Shown here one piece after another: positions 13,001 to 26,503 of a stretch of DNA of 64,000 nucleotides. Below the pieces are notes generated by a model. It was given only the letters and a program-made list of their open reading frames with translations. It did not search any database and was not told where the DNA came from. Both the position numbers and the translations under genes were made by a program. Origin of the DNA: Octopus sinensis (taxonomy: Eukaryota); NCBI RefSeq assembly GCF_006345805.1, contig NC_043008.1, positions 42,346,001-42,410,000 of the forward strand, read 5' to 3'. Positions within the stretch are counted from its first letter, which is position 1. Every line of letters begins with the position of its first letter.

Positions 13001-13629
13001 GGAAAACATAAATATGTCTTGTCATTGCTACATAAAGACCAGTTGTAAAATAGCGGTTTCATTTACTGTATATTATGGTTTACGTAGCATGTCACATTTC
13101 TAATAACGGCATAATATCTGCTGACAATCCCCACCTCAAAATCTTATAAAATGTTAGTAGAATCGAAATACACAAAGAACGTAAAATGACACAGGCAGAC
13201 CAGGATCATTTATCATGTGATTATTGTCTAAGAGAAAACATTGAAAAGCTTAATAGAAAAACCATCTGCTTGGTCCAAATAATATTTTGGAACAAGGCGG
13301 CTTGTCTCTAGAACAATCTTAAAACAAACAAAAAACACAAAATTATCGCTACAGGTGATCGAACATCAGAAAATTAAAGGATTAAATGAGGATTTGGTGG
13401 GGTGCTAACGGTGGTGGTTGTGGTCATATTTCGCTTCCGTTTCTTTTAATCTATATTTGCGTTTTGCGTTCAAACCCATTTCAGCTTTGATTCTGGCTTT
13501 CATCGTTCTGGCATCAATAGAAATGGTGTCACCTCAATTAACCAGAATGTTGATACAATCAATGAAACCCTATTAGTTACAAATGTCTGTGTTTTCCGAT
13601 GCCAAAACTACAAATAAAAATCTTGGCGA

Positions 13630-13710
13630 CACGTGACTGGCGATGATTTGCAATAGCTAAAACCTGTCCCATGACTTCTGACGTCATCTGTCTGTGTGGT
13701 GATGACGTCA
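13630..13710. promoter_or_regulatory. Candidate enhancer: two full CRE palindromes plus an E-box
   Basis: TGACGTCA at 13679-13686 and 13703-13710; CACGTG at 13630-13635; outside recognisable repeats. Confidence 0.3.
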
Positions 13711-14071
13711 CACTCAGAAGACGAAAGGCAGCTGTTTCCTTACGAACCACATACAAAAGCGCAATCAGTGATGGAAACGATCAGATATTAGCTTCAAGGA
13801 TCGAATCTTGGCAATGAGTTAAACTAGACAAAAGCATTCGGAAGATTTAATTATTGTCATACAGTTTCTGTACAATTGACAACACTGAATATAATACATA
13901 CACACACACACAAACACACAGACACACACACACACACAGACAACAGAGGAGGGACTTTCCGTTAAACAGTCTTCTTCTTTATATGTGTGTGTATGCATAA
14001 GTGAATGCGTGTGTACATGTATATATAGAAACATAAATACATATATTATCTAATAACAGCTCCATGTATAT

Positions 14072-14141
<70 letters not shown>

Positions 14142-14177
14142 TTTAAACAACCGCATATATACATACATGTACATATA

Positions 14178-14214
14178 TCTATATCTATCCATCTATCTAT
14201 CCATCCATCCATCC

Positions 14215-14267
<53 letters not shown>

Positions 14268-14268
14268 C

Positions 14269-14316
<48 letters not shown>

Positions 14317-14319
14317 ATT

Positions 14320-14362
<43 letters not shown>

Positions 14363-14386
14363 GTCTGTCTATCTGTCTATCTATCA

Positions 14387-14460
<74 letters not shown>

Positions 14461-14470
14461 ATATATATAT
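14178..14470. repeat. Long (TATC)n tetranucleotide array
   Basis: Directly visible. Confidence 0.97.
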
Positions 14471-14471
14471 A

Positions 14472-14767
14472 AGATATTGTGATAGCCTGGGCTTCAGAGG
14501 CCCACAGCTCTTCAATATCCTCCCAAATAACCTGAGGGACCTGCATGGTGTGGATGCGGATGTCTTTAAAATGAAACTGGATCTCTTCTTGTCAGGTATC
14601 CCAGATGAACCAACTTCACGGCAGGAGGTGCAGATGAGGGCAGCTGCATCGAACTCTCTCATGCATCAGATGGCGTTTGCTAAAAAGCATCCGTGAGGTA
14701 AAATCGTGTAGCAAACCAAATGGCGGTGCCCCAGCATGGCCACATGAAAAATCAAAATCAAAATCAT
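14472..14767 (+). mobile_element. CR1/L2-group LINE 3' end (5'-truncated)
   Basis: Open frame 14472-14696 RYCDSLGFRGPQLFNILPNNLRDLHGVDADVFKMKLDLFLSGIPDEPTSRQEVQMRAAASNSLMHQMAFAKKHP*, fitting the ORF2 terminal pattern GP.LFN.LP..LR...FK..LD.FL..IPDEP. Followed by 3' UTR GGCGGTGCCCCAGCATGGCCAC and an (AAATCA)n tail. Confidence 0.8.
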
Positions 14768-14792
14768 ATATGTGTGTGTGTGTGTGTGTGAG

Positions 14793-14839
<47 letters not shown>

Positions 14840-15494
14840 GTACATGTATGTATATATGGTGTTGTTTAAACTTAAGTCATTTGTGAAAAGCGTTCTAATC
14901 ATGACCATCTCGTGTTTTACGATACCTGTTAAAACATTTCCCAATTTCTTTAACCGTTTGTATTGTTTAAGTCTGTAAGTTATGAAACAAGCGATTAATA
15001 GCTGCTGATTGTATTAGTGAGGTAGGATGCTTTAGCTGCCAGAAATAGCAGCCATCAATATCTTACTTTGAAGTATTAGTTAACTGAGTATTTTTGCACA
15101 TGGTGTGCCATTCCTCAGAGTCGAATACTGTGCTGTTGTTTTTCCACCTTGATTTTAAATGAAAGATGTTGTACACTTGGTTTCATCAGACAAATGATAC
15201 ATTTATATATGCCTTAAATGATTGACGTCTCTTTATGGCCGGAAAAGCGATTGTTAATCTGGACCTCTTATTCGAATGATTTAATCTCGAGTAAACAGTC
15301 TTTACGTGTTGGGAATAGAATGTGCAAAAGAAGGTTGAATGTGACATTTCTTGTCAATGCATGCCGAGCAAGATTATTATCCTTTTAGTTTTTCTGTGCA
15401 GCTAAATTTATGTAGATTCGATTTGAACGATTTGTTTATTAAAAAAAAGGTCATTTTTAAGATGTACTCCTATCATAATACTTATTTAAAAATT

Positions 15495-15695
15495 TGGCAC
15501 AAGGGTTGCAATTTCGGGGTAGGGGAATCGATTACATCGACCCCAGTGGGTAATTGCTACTTATTTTATCGATCCCCGAATGAATGAAAGCAAAAATCGA
15601 CCTGAGCGGAATTTGAACTCAGGACTTGTAGACGGATGAAATGCCGCTGAACATTTTGATCAGTGTGCTGAGGAATCTGCTACCTCGACGTCCTT
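15495..15695 (-). mobile_element. Nin/Deu-type SINE, tail B
   Basis: GGCACAAGG...CGATTACATCGACCCCAGT...GGAATTTGAACTCAG...GAAATGCCGCT. Confidence 0.8.
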
Positions 15696-16625
15696 CCTCC
15701 TGTCATAATATTGGTGTTGTTGTCGAGGTGAAACGTATCATCAAAGATATTCCCGGCATGAACACCACATTTATTTTTATGAGTACAGAGAAGTATATCA
15801 TTTGATAATTCCCCGCTTCGTTGCAGACGTTATAAAGTCGTGATTTGGAAGGGATTTGCTATGAAAGAGAAAAGAAATATCTTCAAACAGGTATCAAAAA
15901 ATGTATACACACTCACGGGTGACATAAACTGACTTGATAAATTAGAAATCCATCGCAGGGACTAATATCTAATTATAACGTCAAGTGTTCGAGATGATTC
16001 TTTCGAAATTGTTATGAGCCATAAAAAAATAGAGAGAAGCGAAACAGCGTTTGGAAATGGCAATAAAGAGAAATACATTTCCTTTTGGCATGGGGTATAA
16101 TTACAACAAATTCAGCTTGCTTTAAAGAATTTAGTTATGATTGCTTCCGATTTAAGCCTGTTATTTAAAAATCTTCTTTCGCAAATAACTGATGTAATAC
16201 TTGGCAAAAATAATGGTTAAATGATGTTAGCTATCAAACAAATCATTCGCTATTTTAAAATTTTTATTTCGTTCAGATGTATACCCTATAATTTAGAGAA
16301 GGGATCTTGAAGGATTCTGACGCCTCTACATTTCTCAGTGGATTTAGGAATGTAACTTATTTGAAGTCCGACAAAACGAAAAAGATATCGTGTTAGAGTA
16401 TTAAGTCCTCAATAAGTTCTTAATACAGAACCCGCCTAAAGCCAAGAATATGTTAATATTTTTTTGTGAAATAACGACTACGGACTTAACCAGAGTTTAT
16501 GGAAGCTAAATCTAAGTATTTCGTTGTGATTGGGAGAGGTTGTAGCTTCAGGGAATGCCAAACTTATACACTGAAAGTACACACACACACACACACATTC
16601 ACACACACACACACACAAACACACA

Positions 16626-16668
<43 letters not shown>

Positions 16669-18157
16669 ACACACACACACACATATGTGCGCGCATGACA
16701 AAAATACGAAAATATAAAACAAAGAACGTGATGGATTATTCACATTATCGATCAACAAACTGACTGATTGATTGTGTTTCATTAATTCTTTAGACGTGAC
16801 ACACTGAATCTTGCCCCTGTTATTCTTGCTTAATCTCAAGTATGATCTTATTAAACACTCCAGCTATGACCATGCTGTCTTAATTTACAGACATAATTTC
16901 TTGTATATCCATAGTTTCCTTCCTGTTTTGGTAAAAAGTGCGTGCAGTATGAGGAAGTTATTGCTGTTGTTTTTAGCAAGGAGTGCGACCCCATGCAGTG
17001 TTACTTTGGAAGTTTATGACACTTCAAACCAGATATACATAGATGTGGGCACATGCATACACACACACATACACACACGCACACACGCATACACACGCGT
17101 CTACACTTAAAAATAAGATGGAATTTGTTACCAAGATTATTCAGCTGCTCGATCCCCTGCAATACCTAACTCTTGGGATCATGGTGTAAATGTCTGAGTA
17201 TTCCACAGAAGCGTGTAGCTTCTACGTAATATATCTCCCGTGTAATCGGCATAATCCGGAAAAAACAAGGCTGAACATTTGAATAATACCTTTAGATTAC
17301 AGGTGGATTGACGGTTGATTGTAATATTTTAATATACCCTTTTGTGTAATGCCTTTGTAGATATCAAGGAAAATTTCTCTAGGCAAGAGTAACTAACCTT
17401 AACATTATATATTAAAATACACGTTGTATTTATACATGTATAGAACTTATTATTTAATTATGGATGGAATTTTCTAGCTATTTTCCTGGCGATATCATGA
17501 TGAAACCAAGGATTATTTTCCTTTATTTAACTCTCTTCAGATCAGGAACTCTAGAGATATTTTAACCATACTAACTTCTAAATAAATGTACTTCTTATAA
17601 ACAGCTCTATTGTACTGCACAATGTTTATATTTAGAAATTATTAACGTGACACAGCTCACTTGGAGATAACTCGTTATGAAAACACATACAGAATTCTTA
17701 AAATGATATCGGCCGTGACTTTCCTAATTATGGCTGCTGTGGCAGCTTTCATTAGCATTCCTGTGTATACTTATATTTGTTTTAATTATGCTCTTTACAA
17801 GAATAGAATTTGCCATTGATGAATTTTAAGGGATATTCAAGAGTTTTTTTGTGGCCAGGTTGTCATTTCTTTAGACGTCAGAGCTGACAGTGGATAAGCT
17901 GACAGCGGATGGTTGTACAGAATAAATAAATATTTTTATCTAAGGAAATCAGTGAAATATAGGTTGAAATGGAGAAATCTCGAACGTCTAAAGTTTAAAA
18001 ACAATTTTCATTTTTCTTTTCTTTTTTTGCTCTGTGGGAGATATCCTGATTCATACATGTGTTGACTACCGTTATTTTGTATACACCCAATTATATGGTG
18101 TGTGTGTATATATATAATCAAACATAAGAGACAGCCATTAAGCGATTGATCACTGAA

Positions 18158-18355
18158 TACTGTGGTGTCTGGGGAGAGTCATCCTCTTTAATGCCTTATA
18201 ATGTAACACAGTCACCGGTAAAATTTTCACTTATTTCTTTTTCATTTTTCTAAAATGTTCGTTGGGTCTTGCAACCGTTTCTGCGGATTTTACTATTGAG
18301 TGTGTTGTATTATAAGGTACTAAAAGAGAATGACTCTCCCCAGACACAATGGAAT
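18158..18355. mobile_element. MITE with long (about 65-70 bp) imperfect TIRs
   Basis: Left GTGTCTGGGGAGAGTCATCCTCTTTAATGCCTTATAATGTAACACAGTCA; right TGAGTGTGTTGTATTATAAGGTACTAAAAGAGAATGACTCTCCCCAGACAC (reverse complements). Confidence 0.8.
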
Positions 18356-18412
18356 ATGCTCCTAACCCTAAATCACAAAAAATGTTTGCAGAACAAATCC
18401 CAAAACGAAATA

Positions 18413-18454
<42 letters not shown>

Positions 18455-19768
18455 ATATATATATATATATATATTATGTGTGTTTGTATGTATATGTACA
18501 TATATACATGCGTGTGCGTGTGCGTGTGGATGTACGTATATATGTGTATGTGTGCGTACATACATGTGCGTGTGCGGTAAATACGTTGAGGGATTAAAGT
18601 TCAATACTCAACTAGCAATCAGAGGTCAATTCAGCTGAGTTAAAATTGGTTGTAAGAACGAAAGTCTCTAAGACAGAAAGTAAGGATTGGCATTGCTATT
18701 TCTAAACGGTACAGAATTAATCCAAGAATATTTCTGTCTGCTGCATTAGCACCAACAGCTATCAGACATTCTGCTTTCCAATTACTGCTCCCTTCATTTC
18801 ACTCACAACCGTGGTTACAAACGACATTTTCAATATCGATTTATATATTTTCTTAGACAAATATTGATTTTAATCTAAGTCACTATATCGCATATTTTAT
18901 AAAAGAAATGTTTTCAGATATTTTAAATTTGTGTTTCTTCTTCAACTATGTTAATGGCATAAGTGTAAAGATGTAGGTTAAAATGAGATCGAAACCATTC
19001 GTTTAGAAGCAGCAGGGTGGCCTCTCGGCAATTGCATGGTATCATAGAAATAGTAGCCAAGTGTGCTTCAAATCACATCCTACGCCATTTATGCAAAAGA
19101 AGAAAAAAATGCAAAGAAGAAACGCCCACATAAACAATAATCTCCGATCTACACTATTTCTGCATTCGATACAGTATTCAAGCTTTGAAGCCATTCATTG
19201 TGAAATTGCTGAATCAGGGTTTTTTAAATCTAAATAATATCAATATGCTTATAGATTATTATCTTTCGCTGTAATAGTACAACAATAAAATTAACATTTA
19301 TAAAATATTCATGCTTCATATTTTGTTTATATATTACATATATTGTAGGATATTCTGAGAATGTCCTTGATGCTCTTTGCACTATTTTCAGCGCACATGG
19401 CTCCAAATGAATATCCGTCCATAATGGAACCTTCCTTTGTAACATTACTGTGTACAATATTGATTTCAAACATTTTGCACAGGTTAATTTATTTTGTTGG
19501 AAGTCTATAACTGACTATAACAATCTGTGTACTAGAAACGTATCGGTATTATTGGCCATGAAGCTGAAATGCAAAATCGAGCAGAGCGGGGTTTGAAATG
19601 AGATCGTAACCAAGTTTAACATAATACTGCAATGTACTTTGTCAGTCACTGTATCGATGTGTCAATTTTCAAAGTTTTCCTATTTCTAAATAAAGCTATA
19701 TATCTGGCTTTTGTATGTTGGGTTGGTAATAATGTTTTACGATATATGCTGACATTTTGAGCAATAAA

Positions 19769-19856
19769 TCAGATTATCCCATAAGTAACGTCTGGACTTC
19801 TATATTTTCAGTTTGTAAACGCTTTAACAGTATTTAGAATGTATAATGACATCGAG

Positions 19857-19898
<42 letters not shown>

Positions 19899-19904
19899 CT
19901 ATAT

Positions 19905-19975
<71 letters not shown>

Positions 19976-20918
19976 TATATATATATATATATAGTATATA
20001 TATATCTATATATATATATATATATAGATATATATTGAGTCTGATGACAAGCTCCTTTTGGCAGAACTTGAAAACGATCATACTGTTTCATTTGTAGAAT
20101 TGGCAAGCAAGCTTTGTTCAAGGCATACGACTGTTCACCGCCATCTTCAACAGCTTGGAAAGGTCCCTGAACTATGAAAATAGGTGTCTCCTGATTTGTC
20201 TGAAGTCAACCGCAAATCTCAAATCCCGAATGGACATCTGCTCTTCTCTTCGTCCGCGTGAACTCATCTCACCCATATTTGCACAAACGAGTGACTGGGG
20301 ATAAAAATGGGTCTTTTATCAAAATGATAAGCATCGTAGACATTGGTTTGGTAACGGGGAAATGGTCCAAACACAATCGAAAAGGTTACTCCTTGCGACG
20401 AAGGGCCTTCTCTCGGTTTGGTGGGATTTGAGTTCCTACCAAATAATGCAACAATCAATGCTCAAATCTACTGTCAGCAATTAGAGTGTTTGAACGCTGC
20501 TTTGAAAAAGAAAAGGTCTGCTTTACTGAATCGAAAGGGAATGCCATTTCATCAGGGTAATACGCTAACCCATACTGAGAAGATTACGTCACAGAAGATC
20601 GAAGAACTTGCCTGGAAGACAATCACTCATCCGTGTTATTCCTCGGGCCTTGCTCCTTCAGATTGACGTAGTTTACAGAATCATGTGGTTGGATTAACTC
20701 TCGAAGCGACCAGGAAAGTCGAAACTACTATTTCAGAATTGTTCACATCGAAAGCGAAAGTGTTTTTCACTAATAGTAATAAAAAGTTTACGAGTAGATG
20801 GAAACGTGTTATAGATAATCATGGAAGCCATATTGACCATTCAGTTTCATTAAAATGTATGATTTGATCACTTGATATCCTTATTTAAAATCTGGATATT
20901 ACTTATGGAATGACCTGA
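19769..20918 (+). mobile_element. Mariner (DD34D) transposon remnant with TIRs and transposase pseudogene
   Basis: 28-bp TIRs 19769-19796/20891-20918 (21/28 identical, all differences transitions), TA on the right. Decayed peptides ELASKL..RHTTVHRHLQQLGK..*VSPDL (WVPHEL), VTGD, FHQGNTLTH (HQDNARPH), HPCYSSGLAPSD (YSPDLAPSD), SRWKRVIDNHG. Confidence 0.92.
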
Positions 20919-21755
20919 TAAATACGAGATACACGCGCATAAAGATGTATGATGATTGTACGTAAGAGTAAGAGAAAATTTGTAACATGCCATTATTGTC
21001 AAACTGGCTTCGTGGTGTAGAGCAGGTGACTACGCATAACATACGCCCCTCTGAAAAGGTAACCACAAATCATTTGTCACAGTGTATAGGGGAGACCTTG
21101 TTTGTCTCAATTCGGCCGTTCACGACATTGTGTTCCTGGAAATCTTTGCTCTAAGTACGGCTGCCCGACATCTTTCCACCCGTCGTGAATGCGGTGTAGG
21201 GCAGTAAAATTGTCTGAATCTTGACGGTCATTAGATCGCAGGTTAATGACATTTGAACTTACTTTACAAGTAATGTATAATTGGAAGAAGTAGGCTAATG
21301 AAAGTTTCAACAGATGACATTAATATAGAGCAATATATATATATAGGTGTGTGTGTGTATATATAACGATGCACGTATACATATACACAAACGCACACTT
21401 ATATACATATAAACATAACCACGCCTGATCAATCATACTGTTTCGCTAAGTAGCAAGTAATTTTGTAAAAGGCAAGATCACAACATTATTTCGTAGACAC
21501 ATGAGTGCTTCGGCACCGGAGTGATTAAAAACAAATTAGGTTAAGAATTAGGATATGAAAAGGAATATATTTGGTTCTATGATTACAAGGAATTCGTCTA
21601 TTCATTGTTCACCAGAATCACTGCTAAAAGCGAAAAGCTCAGAATTCTTGTTGTTAGCACTTATGTCTATTGATTTACATATATACAAGCATACATACAT
21701 GCATACATACACACGCACATACATTATATATACATACATGTATATATTACATATA

Positions 21756-21858
<103 letters not shown>

Positions 21859-22137
21859 GCATATATAAATACATATATAACATACATTATGTATGCAGAG
21901 AATATATATTTCGACTTACACATACTCCTACACAACTATATATATTTGCATGTATGTAAAATAAATCCAGCTCTCATACATTCCTCCACGTCTTCTTTTT
22001 CTTTCAATATATGTATATACATATATATATCTACATATATATAAGTGTGTGTATAGGTATATATGTATGTATGTGAGTCTGTATATATATATATATATAT
22101 AATATGTATCTCTCTATCTCTTTCTGTCTCTCTCCCG

Positions 22138-22173
<36 letters not shown>

Positions 22174-22849
22174 GCAGCCCACTCCACGTAAACTGAGACG
22201 AGCACAGATACATACATACGTAGATGCTGCACATCGAGTTATTGCAAGCAAGATCCTGACTTTATAGTGAGACATCACCAAACCATAAATTGTAAATTGG
22301 ATTATTTAAACAATCAAAAATTACACGCCACTAAGTAGCTTAATGTGTAACGTAATTTCATTAATTTAATCGAATTAGATCGCTTCCAGAAAATCACATT
22401 TTCCTGAGCTTCTTATAATCTCCTTTTAGTCTTCGTAACATTTTCTTTGTAGAAATGTATGTATATGAAGAGAAACGTGCGAAGAGGAGGGAACATATTG
22501 ATACGATGTTATATTTATTTATTGTTATCAGCGCTCGGCATATAGTCACACACGTACATAGAAAGCGTATAGCACATAGGTATGTAGAATGTATACTCAT
22601 ATGTATCTGTATGTATGTTTGAATGTATGTATATATGTGTGTATACACACATAAATACACGCATATATACATACATATATACACATATTTATTCATATAT
22701 GTACATATATATATATATATATACATCATATTTGCCATCATCATCGTTTAACGTCCGTTATCCATGCTGTCGTGGGTTGGACAGTTTGGCCGAAGCTGGC
22801 AGCCCATGCAAACATTGACAACGGATATTAAATGATGAGTGTGATGAAT

Positions 22850-23060
22850 ATATGTTTCATATATTTGTGACGGTCCACTCTTGACGGTGATAGATCACCA
22901 CTGACCTCTGTCCATGCAAAATGCAAGCAATGCCTGCGCATGAAGGTATTGTACAAACAGTCGGCTTCGCCCAGGTTTGCGCCCGCGGCCCTCATGCTTT
23001 CTGCAGTACCCACTTCGTCGACCCTCCATCAGATGGTTGCCTCGCCAGCGATTGAATTAC
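22850..23060 (-). mobile_element. Possible RTE/RTEX-like LINE 3' fragment
   Basis: GC-rich island; minus frame RKHEGRGRKPGRSRLFVQYL..LLAFCMDRGQW* resembles the HG.R.PGRP..Y...L...M.DR..WR terminal pattern. Confidence 0.3.
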
Positions 23061-23374
23061 CTACAATTTTAGATCCCAAACGACTTGCACAATACCTCAT
23101 AAGGCACTATGCTCCCCCCTGACCACAGAAATGCCGGGGTAAGGTATTCAGTGCCAATATGAGTAGAAAGATCCAGACTGTTGGAGTGCCATGATCCAAG
23201 GTGCAAGCAAAAAATCTCCAGATGTGCTCAATGCTAGTCCGTGCTTATCTAGCTTTATGTCAGAAACATCCATCCATCCATCTACCCGTCCATTGATCCT
23301 TTCATCCATCCATCCATCCATCCATACATACATACATACATACATACATCGGCAACATGCATCGAAGTGCATCC

Positions 23375-24440
23375 CTTGACCAAGTTTGCATAGATGAGGC
23401 TGATAACCTCATAAGACTTGGAAGACAGTTCCTTGATAATCTAGAATACATGCTCAAAGAAGTTGCACGACTACCGCAACGTTTTATCAGATGAAAGGAT
23501 GAGCCTATATGGGCCAAAGACTATGCTTGAATATGTTACTAGAAAGCTCCGTGATGATAGTAGCATCAATCCTCAAAGACGTTTATCATAGATGAATAGC
23601 CCACTTCGAAGGTTATGCGTTTGCAGTCCAGAAACAAGAAACACCAGCCAAGTACCTGATGCACAAAAGGTATAATGATGCGGGAAAACCCGTAAAATGT
23701 GACAACCGATGCAGACTTTGTGGAGTTTACACAGAAGACATCATAAGCAGTTATCCGAAAATATCATCACTGTAATATGTACCGATGAGATATGATGTTG
23801 TAGCCAGGACACTCTATAAGGAAATCCTTCACAAGGATGGTCCCGAGGAGAAAGAAAATATAACCCACAATATGGTGGAAGCCATAGCCACTTATAATAA
23901 AAAGAAATACTGGTGGAATGTACCAGTGAAAACCTCAATAAAATGTAAGCACAACAGACCTGATATAATGATTTGGGATAGAGAAGGGAAACTGTACACA
24001 GTTGTGGAAATTAGCTGCCCAGTGGATGTTACCATAAAGCTGAAGGTCAGTGCTATGCTAAATATTTAAGATATCTGCTGTTATTCTATCCAGATTACAA
24101 GTTCAGGTTTATACCTGTAATTATTGAGTCCCTGGGATATGTAACACACTGCCTAACTACCTAACTTGAGAAGTTATGCTTCTCAAATCCAGAAACGGTA
24201 GAAATCTATAAAACTTTCCAGAAGTGTATCATTTAAATATATATCAGCATGTTTTGATATGCAACTATATGCATGAGAATGTATGTATACAACGTACAAA
24301 TCTGCACATACATTCACACATACATACATGCATACAAAATGTACCTGTTGTTCTTGAAATTTCAACGAAGGAGCCTCGGATCTAGTTTACAAACCGGTTT
24401 TTTTTCTATTGGTAAAAAATAAAAATCTTGAAATAAACTG
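23375..24440 (+). mobile_element. RLE-type (R4/Dong-like) non-LTR retrotransposon 3' fragment, copy 1
   Basis: HFEGYAFAVQKQE..AKYL; CRLCG...EDI..SSYPK (degenerate CCHC knuckle); RYDVVAR (RHD motif); WWNVPVKT..CKHNRPDIMIWD..VVEISCP.D (PD-(D/E)xK endonuclease); YPDYKFRFIPVII.SLGYV. Stops and deletions present. Confidence 0.85.
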
Positions 24441-24885
24441 AGACATACAGACATACAAATACATATACACACAAACATATTGTGTGGCGGGGGGGGGGGC
24501 GTGTGTAGTTCTTTAGAATAGAGACAAAGCTTGAAACTTGGTTGAAGGGGCATAGTCAATACTATCGGCCCTAGTAAGATGACAGGTATACTATTTAAAT
24601 ATTATTAAGAATACGATGTGTAGGGAGTGTATTAGCAGCTGTTAGATGGATGCTGGTGGAAAAATAGATAAATCGAATGATTGTGTCAGAGTTTGGTCAA
24701 CATTCATTAATGTTTGTGCAGTGATTTAATTTGTGACCCCTCACTTTAATTATGTTTATTAGGAAATACGGTATTCAATGCTTCTTTTATTCATTATGAA
24801 CATAATATCTCATTCGATCGAAATTTGGCCACTATTTCTAGATGGCCGACCGATGACATTCTAATCACGTTGGCTGCTATATTGA

Positions 24886-25263
24886 TTTCTTTAGTGCCCA
24901 TACGGGGCTAAACATAGAGGGGGCAAACAAGGACACACAAAGGGATTAAGTCGATTACATCGACCCCAGTGTATAACTGGAACCTATTTAATCGACCCCG
25001 AAAGAATGAAAGGCAAAGTCGACCTCGGCAGAATTTGAACTCAGAATGTAACGGCTGACGAAATACCTATTTCTTTACTACCCACAAAGGGCTAAATACA
25101 GAGAGGACAAACAAGGACAGAGAAAGGGATTAATTCAATTACTTCGACCCCAGTGCGTAACTGGTACTTATTTAATCGACCCCGAAAGAATGAGCGTAAC
25201 GGCAGACGAAATACCAATAAGCATTTCGCCAGGTGTGCTAACGATTCTACAAGCTTGCTGCCC
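24886..25263 (-). mobile_element. Dimeric Nin/Deu-type SINE (two tail-A units)
   Basis: Two CAAACAAGGACA..AAGGGATTAA.TC.ATTAC.TCGACCCCAGTG units; junction GAAATACC|TATTTCTTT at 25067/25068. Confidence 0.9.
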
Positions 25264-26503
25264 TATTAACGATTCTCTATTAAGTAAATGATGTTGTGAT
25301 CAGAAGCAGATATTGAACATTGCACCTTAATGTTGTTATACAATTTGTGGCCATGATTCTCAAATTTATACCTCTTAAATTTTTCAAATTTGTGATGAGG
25401 CCATCTGAAAGACTTTGTTGTACATATACATTGCCTATATATATGCATGTGTGTGTGTGTCTATGTGTATGTGATAAATGCTATAAAAACGTTGATATAA
25501 ATTGATATAGGCGCTAAAACTAAATTCAGTCGCAAATGAAAACCAACCAATACTTTCTCTCATTGACTGTTTTAATGGTGCCAAAGTTCACAATGGCCGC
25601 AGTTACACACGATATATTTCCAGCTTTCACACTTACTAATCTCGTTTTGTCTTGTATTACAAAATCCTGATAATCTCATTCTTTACCTCTCTCTCTCTCC
25701 CTCGCTTTATCTTTTTCTGCCTCTCCGTCTCTCTCACGCTCCCTTTCTCTCATTGCACACAACGGTCGGTTCCTCCTCTGTTTCGTACGAGTCTAATACA
25801 AAATGATGAATGATATTATAATCATCCTGCTATGTTGAGAACAAGCGTTCTGTTCACTTATCCCCAGTCAGCGTTTAAGTATATACAACGCAGTAATTCA
25901 TTTCGGTGTTGATTTGTGGATATAATTTATTTTAATACAACAAATATTCCTGGCGGTGTTTTTATGAGCAAAGTATGAAAGAAAAATTTGTTGAAATTTT
26001 ACAAGCGTGATTCATTCAGAAATAATTTAAAGGATAATTAGTTTCGAGGGAATTTGATTCTGGAAAGTGAATGGAATCCCATTAGCAACTATTTTCTCTC
26101 TGAAAGAAACAGGTTTTGTTTCATGCAGCTTTAATGGTATCATTCATTTCACAAACCAGATTTTCATTCGAAACGATATCTCTGACAGACTTAACAGCAC
26201 ATGAGCAATATTTGTGTCCGAATTATGTCATTTAAACACCTTTTCAATGGAAAACAACTCACAAGAGATCTGTCAATTGCACGGTACCGACATTGAAATT
26301 TATTTCTCTTAAATTAATTCCACAGAACAAATCTCATAACAAGGGACAGATTTTTTTTTTTTTTTTTGGTTTAATTAAATCTCAAGAAAATTCATGTTTC
26401 CTTTTACGTAATTATTCAAGAGTTTGGGCATGAGATTATACCGGAAAACAAAAGTTATGCAATCAATGGTTAGCAACGAGCGACTTTACATATATTTACA
26501 TAT

